Source: Dicyema japonicum (Eukaryota > Animalia > Dicyemida). From it: 64,000 nucleotides of DNA. Where the stretch lies: NCBI GenBank assembly GCA_011109175.1, contig RDEW01000015.1, forward strand, positions 77,277 through 141,276, in the 5' to 3' direction. Numbering within the stretch: the stretch's first letter is position 1; every line of letters starts with the position of its first letter. Below the pieces are notes generated by a model. That model searched no databases and was not told the origin of the DNA. It saw only the letters and a list, made by a program, of their open reading frames with translations. A program made the translations under genes and the position numbers. Below, in pieces: positions 40,020 through 51,439 of this stretch.

Positions 40020-43003
40020 CGTAAGAACCGAGGAACGTCTCATTGCGACTACAAGGAACCAGTTATACAGCCGATGTGTATTTGCGTGGGCTTTAGGAAG
40101 GATCATCGTACTAAGTTGGAGTCTCTTATGGAACTTGTTCGGATCACGTGATTAGTTAATTTGGTGTTACCGTGGTCTTTGGAATTTTTATTTATTATTA
40201 TTAAAATTTACTGTACAACCTGAGCAGTTGGCTTATAAGGAACCTACTACTCACAAGTCCTGAAAAGTCTAGCACAATGATTTTTACTTCAAATAGAAGA
40301 CTAACCTTTTTTAACCCTTAATGGAATGTCAATTTCCTCCACTGACTGTATAAAAATACTGGGGATCACATTTGACCTCCTTATGACTTTCAGCAAGCAG
40401 GTCAGCAACGTCATTTCCTCCTCCCAACGAAAACTAAACTTTGTAAACACTTCTTGGATACTACAAAGGCTGTTTCTACTCAGCGTTAAGCTACCTTTAT
40501 ACGCAATACAATCAACCGACAATCAGCTACGGCTGTGCGGCATATGACGCAAACCTGTACTATACGAACCTAGAAAAAAATAATGTCTTTCAAGCAAGTC
40601 ACGAGGTCTTACAAAGCTTGACCTCCTCACGGTTAATAATAACTCAGTTCGAGGAACTTGTGAGGGGAACGGGAATCCAATTGCCATTTCCGAAATCCAG
40701 TATCCAGTACGTACAGGAAGTGCGTCGATTCTCGGGACGATGAGGCGGATGCTAAAGGAGGCCGGAATCACCTGAAACCACGTATCTTTTTAATATGTCG
40801 GTGATGGTTTAAAATAAATAATGATAATAATAAATTATAGTTTGAATTTTAACGTGGATAATATCTTTAACAAGTTGCTAATTCTGGAGAGGCTTGTGCT
40901 CGGGAGAATAAAAGAATTTTTACCAGAAAAGAATTTTCAACATGGATTCAAAAATGAGAGATCCACGTCTACATATTTGCAAACATTGACCAAATCCGGA
41001 TTCACAACCAAGCCGAGACACTTTAAAACAGTGCTATAAGGCTTTTGACTCAGTCTCGAGGAAGATTCTATCGAGAAAAATATTCCAATCGGAGATCAGA
41101 GGGAAGCTAAAGCTTTGGATTATTAACTTCCTAAGTGGACGAAGGGGACGTGTTTGCCTCGGAGGTATGAAATCAATCTCACGGCTCCTCCCAAACGGAG
41201 TCCCTCAAGGAACGCCTTTATCCCCTGCTCTGTTTAACCTCTTTCTGGCTGATATCCCGAGTCTTGAATCTGATAATGATGTTCTACTATCCTATGCGGA
41301 TGATATTGTGTTGGCTTCGCGAGATCAGGACATCCAGAGGGCCACAGAAAGAATACAAATTAACCTGGACAGGCTTAATGCCTGGATAATGGAAAACCGG
41401 CTCGTGGTGAATGCAGAGAAGTCGTCTACGTCACTATTTACCTCGGACAAAAAATTGGGAACGAAGACAGTCACCTTGAAGTTAAACTAGGTCGGCATCC
41501 CTTTCCACAGATGTCAAAGGATCTTGGGTGTAACAATTCATATGCATCTCTGTTAAACACCTCACGTAGAAAACATTCTATTGAAATGCGAGAAGAAACT
41601 GAACGTATTGAAAAGTTTATCGGGAATATGGAAGAGTGGTACTCACCCAGTCTTGATGAACGTATACAAACAATACATCGAGTCATGTTTCTCATATGCA
41701 TGCGCCTCGTGGGGTCCGTCCATATCTTGGACAAATATGAGGAAAATTGAGGAAATGGCTAAGAGGGCTTACAGAGTAACGGAGCGTTGGATTTGTGAAG
41801 ATCATCGATTCGGACCTACGCCTCTGGAGGCCTTGATGAGACTTGACTCCAGATCACGGGAAATTGGCCCTGAAAATTCAAGCAGCCGTCCTGTACGTTC
41901 ATGCACGGGCACGAAGGAAGAACGACGGGCAAAGATGAGGTTTTTGTTAGAATGCATCGGGATCACGTGATAATTAGTTTTGTTTTACCGTGGTCATGGG
42001 TTAAATAAATAAAATAAAAAAATAAATTCAACGTGGATTGATCTAAAAAGCTTTCTCCGTTAAAAAACGGTAGATTTATGCCTGAGACAAAGGGTTTCAG
42101 GAAACTTAATATAATCAAACCGCTCTTGAAGTCCAGGCCGTCACAGGAATGCGCCCTCGTCGTGTTCAATCAACTCCAAAAACCGACAATTGAGTATGCC
42201 TGTTCCTCATGGGCCTATGAAGTTTCGATATCAAATTCACTCAAGATCAATTCCCTAATTGGCAAACTAGCACGTCTAACGAATCTACCCCCGATCTTTT
42301 CTTCCCAATGCTTGACCACGCCGCAATCAAAATTAATGGCTCCGGCTTCATCGGTCTGTGTGGCCAAGAAACAAGTCTTTCTTCCATTCAAGGCTAGTGG
42401 CCTCAAATACACGAAATTTGGGGGAAAAACCCACCCCTCTTCAAACTCTAATGAAAGATGATCGTCGTCTATACAGGAAAGCCGTGGGTACTCTGGAGGA
42501 ACACAGGAAAAACCTCTCGATCCTGTTGAGGCGTACCGGGATCGAAAAAAATAATTTTTTTTAATTTATTTAACCCAAGAACACCAATAGTTAATTTAAT
42601 TGTATTAAACTAATTAGGTGATCCCAGCCGCCTCCATCAGGTCTCTCATCTTTTTCCGGCAGACCTTCCGAGATCCAACACAGCTTCTCTGAGGACGAGA
42701 GGGTTTTGAAAGAAATACAAGAGGGGTGATGTAAAGTCTTCTAGTAGGACCCAATCCATTAGAGCATTGTAGGAAGTTGGATTTTCGGCACAGAGCGGCG
42801 AATCCCTTCCCATTTTGTCCGATAAGGTTTTCCAGAGAGGTGGGTGTGAAACTGACTGTTCTCACGAGCTTGCCGATAGTTGTAGCTGATAGGGACTGAA
42901 TATCACTGATTTTCTGTTTGTGCGTCCAGGATAGGTTGATTCCCCAAGACGCACAGGCGTAGCTGATAGATGGCTCAATGAATTGTTTATGTAGTAGTTT
43001 CAA
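40020..43003. mobile_element. Cluster of five truncated/deleted 'GIT*' LINE copies (four on +, last on -)
   Basis: RT GVPQGTPLSP/YADD (41167-41490); SYACASW motifs; ORF ends RIT*, AGIT*, IGIT*, TGI, AGIT*. Confidence 0.85.
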
Positions 43004-43433
43004 TTTTTGAAATTATACAGTGAATCACTAGTTAGCTCTCTTCAATGTAAAATCATAGACGAAATTTTATAAATCCTGAGACTGATGGACACACCCATAC
43101 GATTGAAAAGCTGAAGGTAAGTGCCAGATGGAGGAGCAAGTTGCAATGTAGAACCGCAAGACAAATAGGGGCTCGTATTTTTCTGGTTTAAGTATATAAG
43201 CTAAAAATATTGAATTTAGCATCAGAAAACAAATCAGATGTTATTATTACGTATTTAGAGAGATCTTAGAAATCATTGATTTGTTTTGGCCCTATTCTGT
43301 TCGAATGAAACGTAGAGAATAATAATAATTTTAAAAAATTACAATAAAATTTCAGAAAAAAAATAAATTAAAATGTTAGTTAATATCTATTTTTAGCAAG
43401 TTTAAAAAATATATTTTTGAAAAAGTATATATT

Positions 43434-45388
43434 TTTGGTGAGGTGGTGACGTGCCTCGTTTCTTAATTGGATCACAGTTAAGAAAAATGTCTAAAAAGCA
43501 AGGGATACAAAGGGATGCATCTCGTCTAAAGCTCCATACGTTCAATGCTAGAGGCTTATCTACGACATGGTCGAGGAAGATTCTTTGACGACCTGGAGAG
43601 ATACGACGTATCTATTAGGTGCCTACAAGAGACGAAAGTTACTTGTAGCCTTGCGAATAACGAATAATATGTCTACCGAGCGACTCAAAATATTATGGAC
43701 TTGGATTTGCCATCCACTCAAAGTTGACAAGTACAGTCAACCGTATATTTAGTGTGAATGACAGGATCTGTGTTATACAAATCCGGCTAAACGACTTACC
43801 TCCTTCGAAGAGGCTCACTTTGAGAAGCTTTTCAACATCATAACCATAGAAATCCACCCATTTGATGGAAGGCCAAGACCCCTGGAGATACCAATCACGG
43901 CCGAGGAAATCAAAACGGCCTGCCGAAAACTCAAGAATAACAGAAGTCCTGGACCAGACAAAATAGATTCCGAACTACTAAAATACGGAACCACTGCCTG
44001 TATGACAAAATTGCAATACTATTAAATGGAATGTTTTCTACCAACTGCACTCTACCTTGGGTACGGGACTACTAATCCCCATTCAAAAAATTAACAAAAC
44101 CAAAGGACCGCTCGAAAATTTGTGACCCATCATACTACTAAATTCATTACGCAAAGTCTTAGCAAACATTGTGCTTGAACAAATAAAAGGATCTGCTTAC
44201 AGATACCTACAGATAGTCAAAATGGTTTTCGAGAAGGGAGATCCACAGCTGATGCGGTCTGGAATCACAGATGGAGGTGTGCAACATATCAAAGATACCG
44301 TAACGCCGCCAATATTCTGGGAATTGACCTATCAAGAGCTTTTGATACGGTTAACAGGAACAAGTTAATGGGGGTACTGAGCGGATTTCTTGATGAGTCG
44401 AGTCTAAGGATGACCCAAATTCTACTTTCCAACACTGAGCTTTTTGTGAGAGTCGGAAAGACTTATTCAAGAAAATTTGAAGCAAACACGGGCACTCCAC
44501 AAGGAGACTCCCTTTCTCCTCTACTATTCACAATTTACTTGGAAGCCGTTACGAGGGAACTCAGACCGTTATACCAAGGAAAGACGGAAGAAGTGATCTA
44601 CGCCGACGATGTAGACCTAATTTCTGAAGACAAAGAGGTCCTGGAACACTTATTAGAAAAAGCACCAGATGTACTAGGGAAATGGTTTCTTACTGTGAAC
44701 AGAGAGAAAAAAGAACTCACAGAGATAAGAAGGATGAGTAACGTCCTAGAAGAGAAGTGGCGACAAGTAAAGAAACTCGGTTCACTTATGGGAGATAGCG
44801 AAGATATCTTACGTAGGAAAACTCTAGCCAATGCTGCGTTATATAAACTGAAGAATCTATGGCTTAATCAAAGAGGTATCAACACGAAAATGAGAATTAT
44901 TATACGACTCATTCATATAACCCTGGAAACTTGGGCGACCTCATCAGCGGATATGGAAAGACTAGACTCGTTCCACAGAGGTCAGCTGAGAAAAATAACA
45001 GGAACTACTTGGCCTACGAGAATATCGAGAAATGTTTTATATAAGAAATGCAGCACTAGACCTATCAGTTTAGAAGTACTGGAATCCCGATGGAAGCTCT
45101 TCGGACACGTGCTGAAGATGGAATTAACATCCCCACCGAACATATCTATGGAAACATACTATGTTAGTCAAGAAGGCCGCTATTGTTGAAAACCTAGAAC
45201 AACACTGCCAATAGTTTTACAAAAAGACCTGGTCAATATCAAAAGAAATCTAAAAAATGCCGACCACCTGGACTACATGAGAGCTTTGGCTAGGAACAGG
45301 GGAGCATAGAAAAGGATGACATCTAACCATGTTCTTTTGCTGCACATATAATTAGTATGGCTCTCGTGAAGTGCGTAAAATAAATAAT
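43434..45388 (+). mobile_element. RTE-like LINE, both ends present, internal deletion
   Basis: 5' motif GGTGAGGTGGTGACGTG; TFNARGL; RT GTPQGDSLSP/YADD; TSD AAGTATATATT at 43423-43433 and 45389-45399. Confidence 0.9.
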
Positions 45389-45649
45389 AAGTATATATTG
45401 TCGGCTATCAAGAGTACCGAGAAAGGAAGAGGAAGCTGCTTAAAGAGGCCTGGATCACCTGACGGTCCCCACTCTCTTTTATTTTGTTGGTGATTTTAAA
45501 TTTTAAATAAATAAACAGAAAATATATATTAAAAAATACTTTATAGGGAAGTTGCTGTTGTTATTGTATATTTTTCTTTTTTGTTCTATTCTTTTCTTCT
45601 ATTATACTCTATCCTGTTCTATCCTTCTATTAGTCTTTCTATTTTTTAT

Positions 45650-47280
45650 GACCGTTATTGTAGAAAAAAATATTAAGAGACCTGTCTGATCTGCCAACAT
45701 AGTAATGGTAGAAAGTTCGGGGTCACTTGTGACACGTGTCAGCGATTTCACCATTTCTCTTCTGCCAGGATGAGCAAAAAAGTTGTAAGACCAATAGAGG
45801 CGTGGATGTGTGTTTGTTATTGGTTGGAGTCATCTCCGGGATGTAGTATGGCACACCCAATCTCGGATATTTCGGAACTATGACTCCAGAGGAATTTCTA
45901 ATTGCTATTTCGAACAATCGACGCACGAAGATTATCTCTGTTAAGATCCCTAAGGCTTGCCGTCACAATTTTGCCTCTGTTCTTGATTCTTGTATCGAAA
46001 AAGCAATTATCAACGGTTCAACAAAAGATTGGACGGTGTTTTTCTCTTTCCCTTTAGTCGCACTATGCCTGTAATCGACGCCTAATTCTCATTTACGAAA
46101 ACGGTCTTTGTCAAGTCGAATGAAAGCACGCTAGAGTAGCTTTATGAAATCTTGGGAAAATTAGCCGCAGAACTATTTATACCATTGGGGACTGCACTAA
46201 CGTTATCAATTGGCCAACCTTCCTCTGGGTCTGAGAGGCTTAGAGAGATATTGATGGAAGGGGATCTAACTGTCGCTGTTCGTAGTTTGTGTACTAATTT
46301 TATTCCTATTAATTGCTCTTATTAGACAGTTTCTCTTCTAAAGGTAAAACACCCTCCTAGCCAGATGATATTTATGCACCCGTCTTTCTCGATCTTTTTC
46401 GAGCGAAGTTTCTTACGCCGATCTTCGTGATGCCCTATGATCAGTCCGAAGGAGAAGTAGTGGGCAAGTTGATGGACTAATGCCTGGACCTTCTTTCTCA
46501 ATCTGTTGCCCAGCCAGCTATACTTCTATCCGAGAAAATTATGGATCTTGTGAATGCGTTGCTTTCTGTGACTATCTCTGATTTTGGTCGCAAAATCATT
46601 TTTCTGCAAATCTAATGCGTTGGGGAAGAAAGACGGTGAAATTCTTCATATTGCAGTTGGCAACGTTTTCGCCGCCATTCTGGAAGATTGCGTGTCGATT
46701 GTCATTGCAAATATTTTTGCCCACATGCGTCTATTACAACTGGGCGTGAAGGTCAGAGGTGGATGCGAAGTGGGGTGAATTAGCCATGCTATCATTGAAG
46801 CTGAGGATAGGGCCTTTTTCAAATTGGATCTGCGCAACGCTTTCAACTCGGTCAGAAGGGTTGTCATCCTTGATGTTTGCTTAAAAAACGCCAAAAATAT
46901 ATCATTTGTCTACCTATCGTATTCGAGTGCTTTTCAGTCGTTTTCGGAAATGAAATCATTTTTTCTGAGACGGGAGTACAACAGGGTGACCTGCTCGGTC
47001 TTTTTTCTTTTTCATTGGCGATCGATCATATCTAGCAAGGCGTTTCTACTCCTCTCAATTTATGGTACCTGGACGATTACATCCCTGAAGGATGCCATGA
47101 AGACGTCATTTCAAAAGTAATTTCGGAGGCTTTTCTCCTTCCTAAGTTTCCCTTGTTATGATAAGAGGATCTCCTATCTCTCTTTGACAATGAAATTAAT
47201 TCAACCCTTGAAGCGATTTTAAACATACATTTTGATGACTATTGATGGCTTCAGGTAACTTTGCCTGTTTTTGGAGGATT
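45650..47280 (+). mobile_element. Degenerate CRE-like element (PHD, RT)
   Basis: VKIPKACR; IAVGN; QLGVKVRGGCE; DLRNAFNS; QQGD; WYLDD. Confidence 0.8.
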
Positions 47281-47324
47281 CCCGGTCATTGTTTATTATT
47301 TTTATTTATTTATTACATGTATTT

Positions 47325-47638
47325 GCCGCGTGGCGCCATGTGGTGCTGCGTGGTTAATTGGTTTAATTTTTCTGCTTGCTTGTCTGTTCCTCCTCTCTCT
47401 TCCTAATACAGTGGCGTCATGTGATCCACCTGTCTAGGTGACGCCCAGTGCCAGGCCGGCATGAAAAAGGATCATTTGCTCTTCCCCACTCCACTGGAGG
47501 GGTTTCCACAACTGCATGTAATGGACGTCTTACCTTTTATGCTGATTCCGGATGGACTCTGTTTCTGTAGAAGTGGAAACTGGATACACTTAATTAGTTG
47601 TTTACTTTAGCTTCTTTCTTGGTGTATCGGGGTTTAAT
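47325..47638 (+). repeat. Structured SINE-like family, copy 2 (longest)
   Basis: 5' G-U-rich hairpin, pseudoknot core at 47413-47474, 3' stem GATACAC/GTGTATC followed by GGGG. Confidence 0.8.
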
Positions 47639-47640
47639 AA

Positions 47641-47957
47641 ATTATTATTATTACCCCCAGGATCACTGGGTCAAAAAGAAAGAAATAAAAGTTCTCATCT
47701 AACTAAGTGATCCCAGACCGACAAAAGTGAGGACGAGTCCGGCGGGGTTGAGAATCCTGGACAGCTCTTCTCATTGGACATGGCATCGGCTCAAAATTTT
47801 TGTATGATTGTAGATAATTCGATAGTATTTGGAATAAAGGGCAGCTCGGTAGAACAGCCTCCTTTAATAGTTTCCGTTGTTGTTCGATTAAAAAGTTTTC
47901 AATGGGTTGGATATTGTGATCTGGTCCAATTAACTTTAACAACCTGCTCAAAAAAAA
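47641..47957 (-). mobile_element. 3' fragment of 'GIT*' LINE
   Basis: ORF ends RSGIT*; stem GGGATCACT/AGTGATCCT; GGGGG(TAA)n tail; similar to 11170-11295. Confidence 0.8.
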
Positions 47958-48130
47958 ATGTCATGTGGCTCGCCGACGACGTGGTGGCATTTGAAAAAAA
48001 ACCACACTTTCCCCTATCTTCACGGGTGGACCAATAAGGAAGGCCTGCGCCGCTGCGGAGACGTTGAGGCAAACCCTGGACCAGCCAGAATAGTCCAACT
48101 GAACATAAATGGAATCAAGAACAAAATAAA
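47958..48130 (+). mobile_element. 5' fragment of a LINE ORF: 2A-like peptide followed by APE start
   Basis: LRRCGDVEANPG|PARIVQLNINGIKNK. Confidence 0.85.
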
Positions 48131-48218
48131 TAAATTAAATTTAAAAAATGTTTAAATAGTAAACTCATTAGAAAACGACAAATATTTATAAATTTGTGTA
48201 ATTAAAAAACGTTTGTAA

Positions 48219-48694
48219 ATTGGTTGAGGTGGTGACGACGCCTCTATTGCACTATGTCTTATTCGTATTCCTTACCGACTTTTCCGTTCACTCTGGGATC
48301 CTTCAATTGCAGAGGACTTAAACAACCTTACAAGAAACACCAACTGGTATGCGATCTAACCAAATATGACGACTCTGTCTGCTGTCTACAAAAGACAAAA
48401 ACGACCGTACAATGTATTGAACTGTTTGGAAAATTCCACCTTTTTATCCTCCCATCGACCTACCGACATTATGGTCTCGGATTTGCAATCCATCAGGACC
48501 TGATTCACTACGCCACAGCAGTGTGGACATCATCTGATATTATAATAGAAATGGCGGACGACCTGGACTACCTAAGAGAACTAGTGCGTAACAGAAGATC
48601 ATGGTCGAAGCTGACGAAGAGGATGATCCGGAATATGGCACAAGGGAAACTTAACTAATTTTATGTTTTCCGGGAGTGCTTTTTAATTAATTAA
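48219..48694 (+). mobile_element. Bipartite non-autonomous RTE derivative (5' end fused to 3' end)
   Basis: APE N-terminus (SFNCRGL, CCLQKTK, YGLGFAI) fused in frame to C-terminal DDLDYLRE; 16-bp imperfect TSD. Confidence 0.85.
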
Positions 48695-49444
48695 TAAACA
48701 ACGTTAGTAATGAGCGTCAGGAAACCAAATATTTGTTCTAAAGATTCCACTGGCAGTTGTCAGGGGAAACAGTCATTCCATTCTATCAGTTGGATTATTT
48801 TGATTGTCTTGTAGTGTAAAAAATTGTTTTATACTCGGAGGAATGCTTGCCAGAGAGAAAGGGGATCAACAAGAAAAGTTCGGGCTGAGACAAAAGATTG
48901 GAATGGCCATACTCGGAGGGAACTCGTTCGCGATCCTCGCAGCCGGCTACCTCAACTGTCTTAAAAAAAGAAAACAACTATTAATAAAAAAATTAAAAGT
49001 GTATGTATGGGTTTTGTGAGTCTCGACAAAAAAATTAAAAATTCAAGACTCAATCCATACCAATTTTGAACAGAAGATCGATATTGTAGTCAAAAGATTT
49101 CGGCTAAATCAAAAAGCTAAATCTTTCATTTTTGAGGATGATATTTTATATTAAAGAAGAGGAAGAACTTACCAAAAATTTATTGAAGTTTTCATATTAT
49201 TTGAGTTTAAACTGAGCACACTTTGAATCATTTTCTCCGGGATCAGTTGTATTCCAAACTCAACGAAATTTTATGGAATAATAAGGGCAAAAATTAATTC
49301 CAACTTAGATTTCATACCAACCAAAAAAAGCAATTTTACTGCAACAGAGATGATGGAAGATATTCTTAAATAGAAACACGATGAAGATGTCTTTAAAAAT
49401 GGCATGGTTATAATAAGGCATCATATAGTCATTAAATTAAATTT

Positions 49445-49590
49445 ATTCCAAAGACCAAGGGTAACCAAACTAACTAACTCCTTGACCTGACTTGTCTCCA
49501 GGTAGATCCTCTTGATGCCGGCCAGGCATTGGGCGTCTCCTCAGTAAGGTGGATCCAATGAAGAGGGAAGGAAAATAATTATTGACCACA
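49445..49590 (-). repeat. Structured SINE-like family, copy 3 (deleted)
   Basis: High identity to 35762-35950 with internal deletions. Confidence 0.8.
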
Positions 49591-49899
49591 CCGATTAACT
49601 AGACTGTAGATTCTAGGTAATTTAATCGCCGGTAAATTCAAGGGACCACGTGGGCGGGTTCTTGACAGAAGAGGACGAAATTTTTATATTATCGCTAAAA
49701 TGTGATTTTGGAGATTCAATTCGAATAATTCGACGATTTGAGTCACGTGGCGAAATTCTAAAGATATAAAAAATCAAAAAGTTCTATTCTCCAAAAAATG
49801 TTAGGTTCTAATCAGCGATTTGGACAACGTGGGTGAGTCTATTGGTTAAAGTGATAAAAAAATTATTGATTATCTTACTGATTATTGATTAAACTGTTC

Positions 49900-51100
49900 T
49901 ACGGAAAAACAGGGTGAATGGATCTGATGGAGGATTTATCCACGGACAATTATCAGGAGTGGAATTCAAGGATTTTTCAAGCTGTGTCTTCTTTCTGAAG
50001 CGAATAATACATTGAAACAGATCTCTATTGGAATATCCTTTTTCATTTTCTATATATTCCACGTTCGGTATCATGTCCCACCTCGTATATTCCAACCTAA
50101 TGAGACAATGTGGTTTGAAAGACTTTATTATTTTTGGCGATTTGAACGACAAACACTCCGATTTGTTACAGTTTCAACCAAATGACAGTCGTGGGGAGTA
50201 TATATTGTCGACTTGACCATGTGATTATCCTCAACAATCCTGATCATACCATGACCCATACTCGAAAAATGGGCAGTTCTACCTCCCCAGATTTATCATT
50301 GTGTACTCCCTCACCTGTAAAATATCTTTCATGGGATTTTCGGTATGATTCCCGCATTTGCAGCACTCATAAAACAATATTAATAGTTAATCTCTTCCAT
50401 CTTCTCTGTCGAATGCCAGTGATCTCAATTCGACCAGGTCGTCCCCGTCTTTAGATTTTTTCTCACACGATTTAGATCTTTGTTTAAGGCAGTCGGAAGT
50501 GTCGATCTAGGTCATCGGCGGAAGAGTTTGTTGCAACTTTCAAAGTAATCTTCCATCGCTTTGTTAGCGGATATGTGTGATTATTCTAGCAACACACTTG
50601 TCTCTCAAATATTTCGAAGAATTCCATGCTGAAAGCAGGAAAGCCGAAAGATAATCCTGTTTTGTTCCCTAGGACTCCCTTAGATGCAAATTGTCCAAAG
50701 TGTTTGAAAAATTTGTAAAAAAAGATAATTTTCCCAATATTACATCACCTTACTTACAGGATGGTTTCAGACCAGATTACTCAACTACGTACGACGCATG
50801 GAGGTTTGCGATATCCTCTTCTAAACTAAGTAAACTAAATTCAATCGGACTGAATCCGACACTATTACATGCCACTTTCCTTTCAAAGGAATCCATAAGG
50901 AACCATGGCCGAGGCTTCCTGAGTTTCTGAAAGAACCACAAAATTCATTTTACGATTGTTCGATCAGAAATCGAGTTTCTTCGTAGGTTCTACCGTTTTA
51001 CAGTTGGGATATTGGAAGACCAAGCAAGGAGCGTCTGGGAATTAATGAAAGTTGGGATCACTTAATTAAAGTTTTCTGCATCTTTATTGGGGATCTTTAA
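49900..51100 (+). mobile_element. Heavily deleted APE-RT LINE ending in GIT*
   Basis: IIFGDLN; SPDLSL; SKVFEK; QDGFRP; end GTTGGGATCACTTAA. Confidence 0.65.
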
Positions 51101-51439
51101 GTTCTCAAATTAATAGGTTTGTAATACCGATGGGAAATAATTCTATGAGCAACCTACGTCATCATAGAATAAAAATTATTTTAATGAGAAAATTTAATTA
51201 TAAAAATTCAATAAATAAAAATTTACGCAATCACAACTCAATTAAAGTATAGTTATTAACCAAAATTTCGCTAACACGTATGAAGCTGGCGACTGTTGGA
51301 AATTACAGACATCTTCAATAGCTTACCTTGGCTAAATAAAATTATTAATAATAAATGTGACCGGTTCAGAATGAGATACGGTTGAATACGAGCCGTTAAA
51401 TATCGATTGTAAATGTACCGATTTAAACAGCCAATCAAA

